Assembly (NCBI GenBank): GCA_030390025.1
Contig: CM059428.1
Location: 168,578,001-168,642,000 of the forward strand
Source of the DNA: Squalus acanthias
Taxonomy: Eukaryota
Length of the DNA: 64,000 bases
Direction: 5' to 3'
Part shown: in pieces, positions 63,481 through 64,000 of the stretch
How positions within the stretch are numbered: position 1 is the first letter of the stretch
Layout of the letters: each line of letters starts with the position of its first letter
The notes under the pieces: generated by a model
What the model saw: only the letters and a program-made list of their open reading frames with translations
What the model was told of the DNA's origin: nothing
Database searches by the model: none
Translations under genes and position numbers: made by a program

Positions 63481-63690
63481 CAAGCCGTAATGGCTGACCT
63501 CCCCTCAGCCCCACCCTCCTAAACCACGAAGGCTGATCTCTCCATCCAGCCTCCAAGCTGTGATGGCCAATCTCTCCCCCGCAAGTCATAATAGCCGATC
63601 TCTTCATTTCCCCAAGCCGCAATGGCCAGCCAACCTGACCTCCCCCTCACCGCCCCCACCCCCCAAACCACGATGGCCGACCTTCTCCCC
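63481..63690. repeat. Degenerate minisatellite, about six units with core aa(g/a)cc(g/a)(c/t)(a/g)atggc(c/t)ga(c/t)ct(c)n
   Basis: Units aagccgtaatggctgacctcc, aaaccacgaaggctgatctctcc, aagctgtgatggccaatctctcc, aagtcataatagccgatctc, aagccgcaatggcca, aaaccacgatggccgaccttctcc. Confidence 0.7.
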
Positions 63691-64000
63691 TCCCGATTGC
63701 TGAGGACCGTCCCTAAAGGTCTCCGACTGCAGCCTCCTGCCACCGCTTTTCCCTCCCAGCCGCCAGCCAAGCTGTCAATTTGGCCAGCTGCCGGGCGGGA
63801 AACGGATCCAATAAATAACAAACAGGTCCTGTTGTTAAGTTCGTCAGGACCTCCAAGTACTAGGCCTTGCCGAGTTCTTCGATGTTTTCAGCCTCCCCCG
63901 CACATATCGCGGCCAATGCCTCTGGACTGGAAGGGGGAACAGTAAATCATCCAGGGTTCCCATTGCTACCAGTGACCCCTGATGGGAGTGCACTGGTGCT

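Noticed and set aside
63481-63690. CRISPR-like repeat-spacer array
   Set aside because: Units are degenerate with low-complexity spacers in a vertebrate intron, and there are no cas genes.

Overview
Eukaryotic genomic DNA, most likely from a cartilaginous fish (shark-type CR1, L2 and Deu-domain SINE repertoire). The whole window lies inside one large minus-strand gene, obscurin (OBSCN). I placed 21 coding exons by GT/AG boundaries between 61130 and 3080. They total 5103 nt (1701 codons) and splice in frame into 19 consecutive I-set Ig domains; two domains are split across two exons. The gene continues beyond both window ends. Introns are filled with transposon relics: 5'-truncated CR1 and L2 LINEs, SacSINE1-like Deu-domain SINEs (one near full length and nested in a CR1), a decayed two-gene PIF/Harbinger transposon, Harbinger- and Tc1/mariner-type MITEs, and Penelope-type fragments with a degenerate hammerhead core. 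The most notable observations are (i) a CR1-group LINE whose 5' end is a tRNA-derived SINE head, apparently inserted as one unit, (ii) a strict alternating two-Ig super-repeat in the obscurin exons, and (iii) exon duplication and cassette-exon features. No prokaryotic systems, CRISPR arrays or true RNA genes were found. Comparisons with human obscurin and named repeat families are from memory and need database confirmation.
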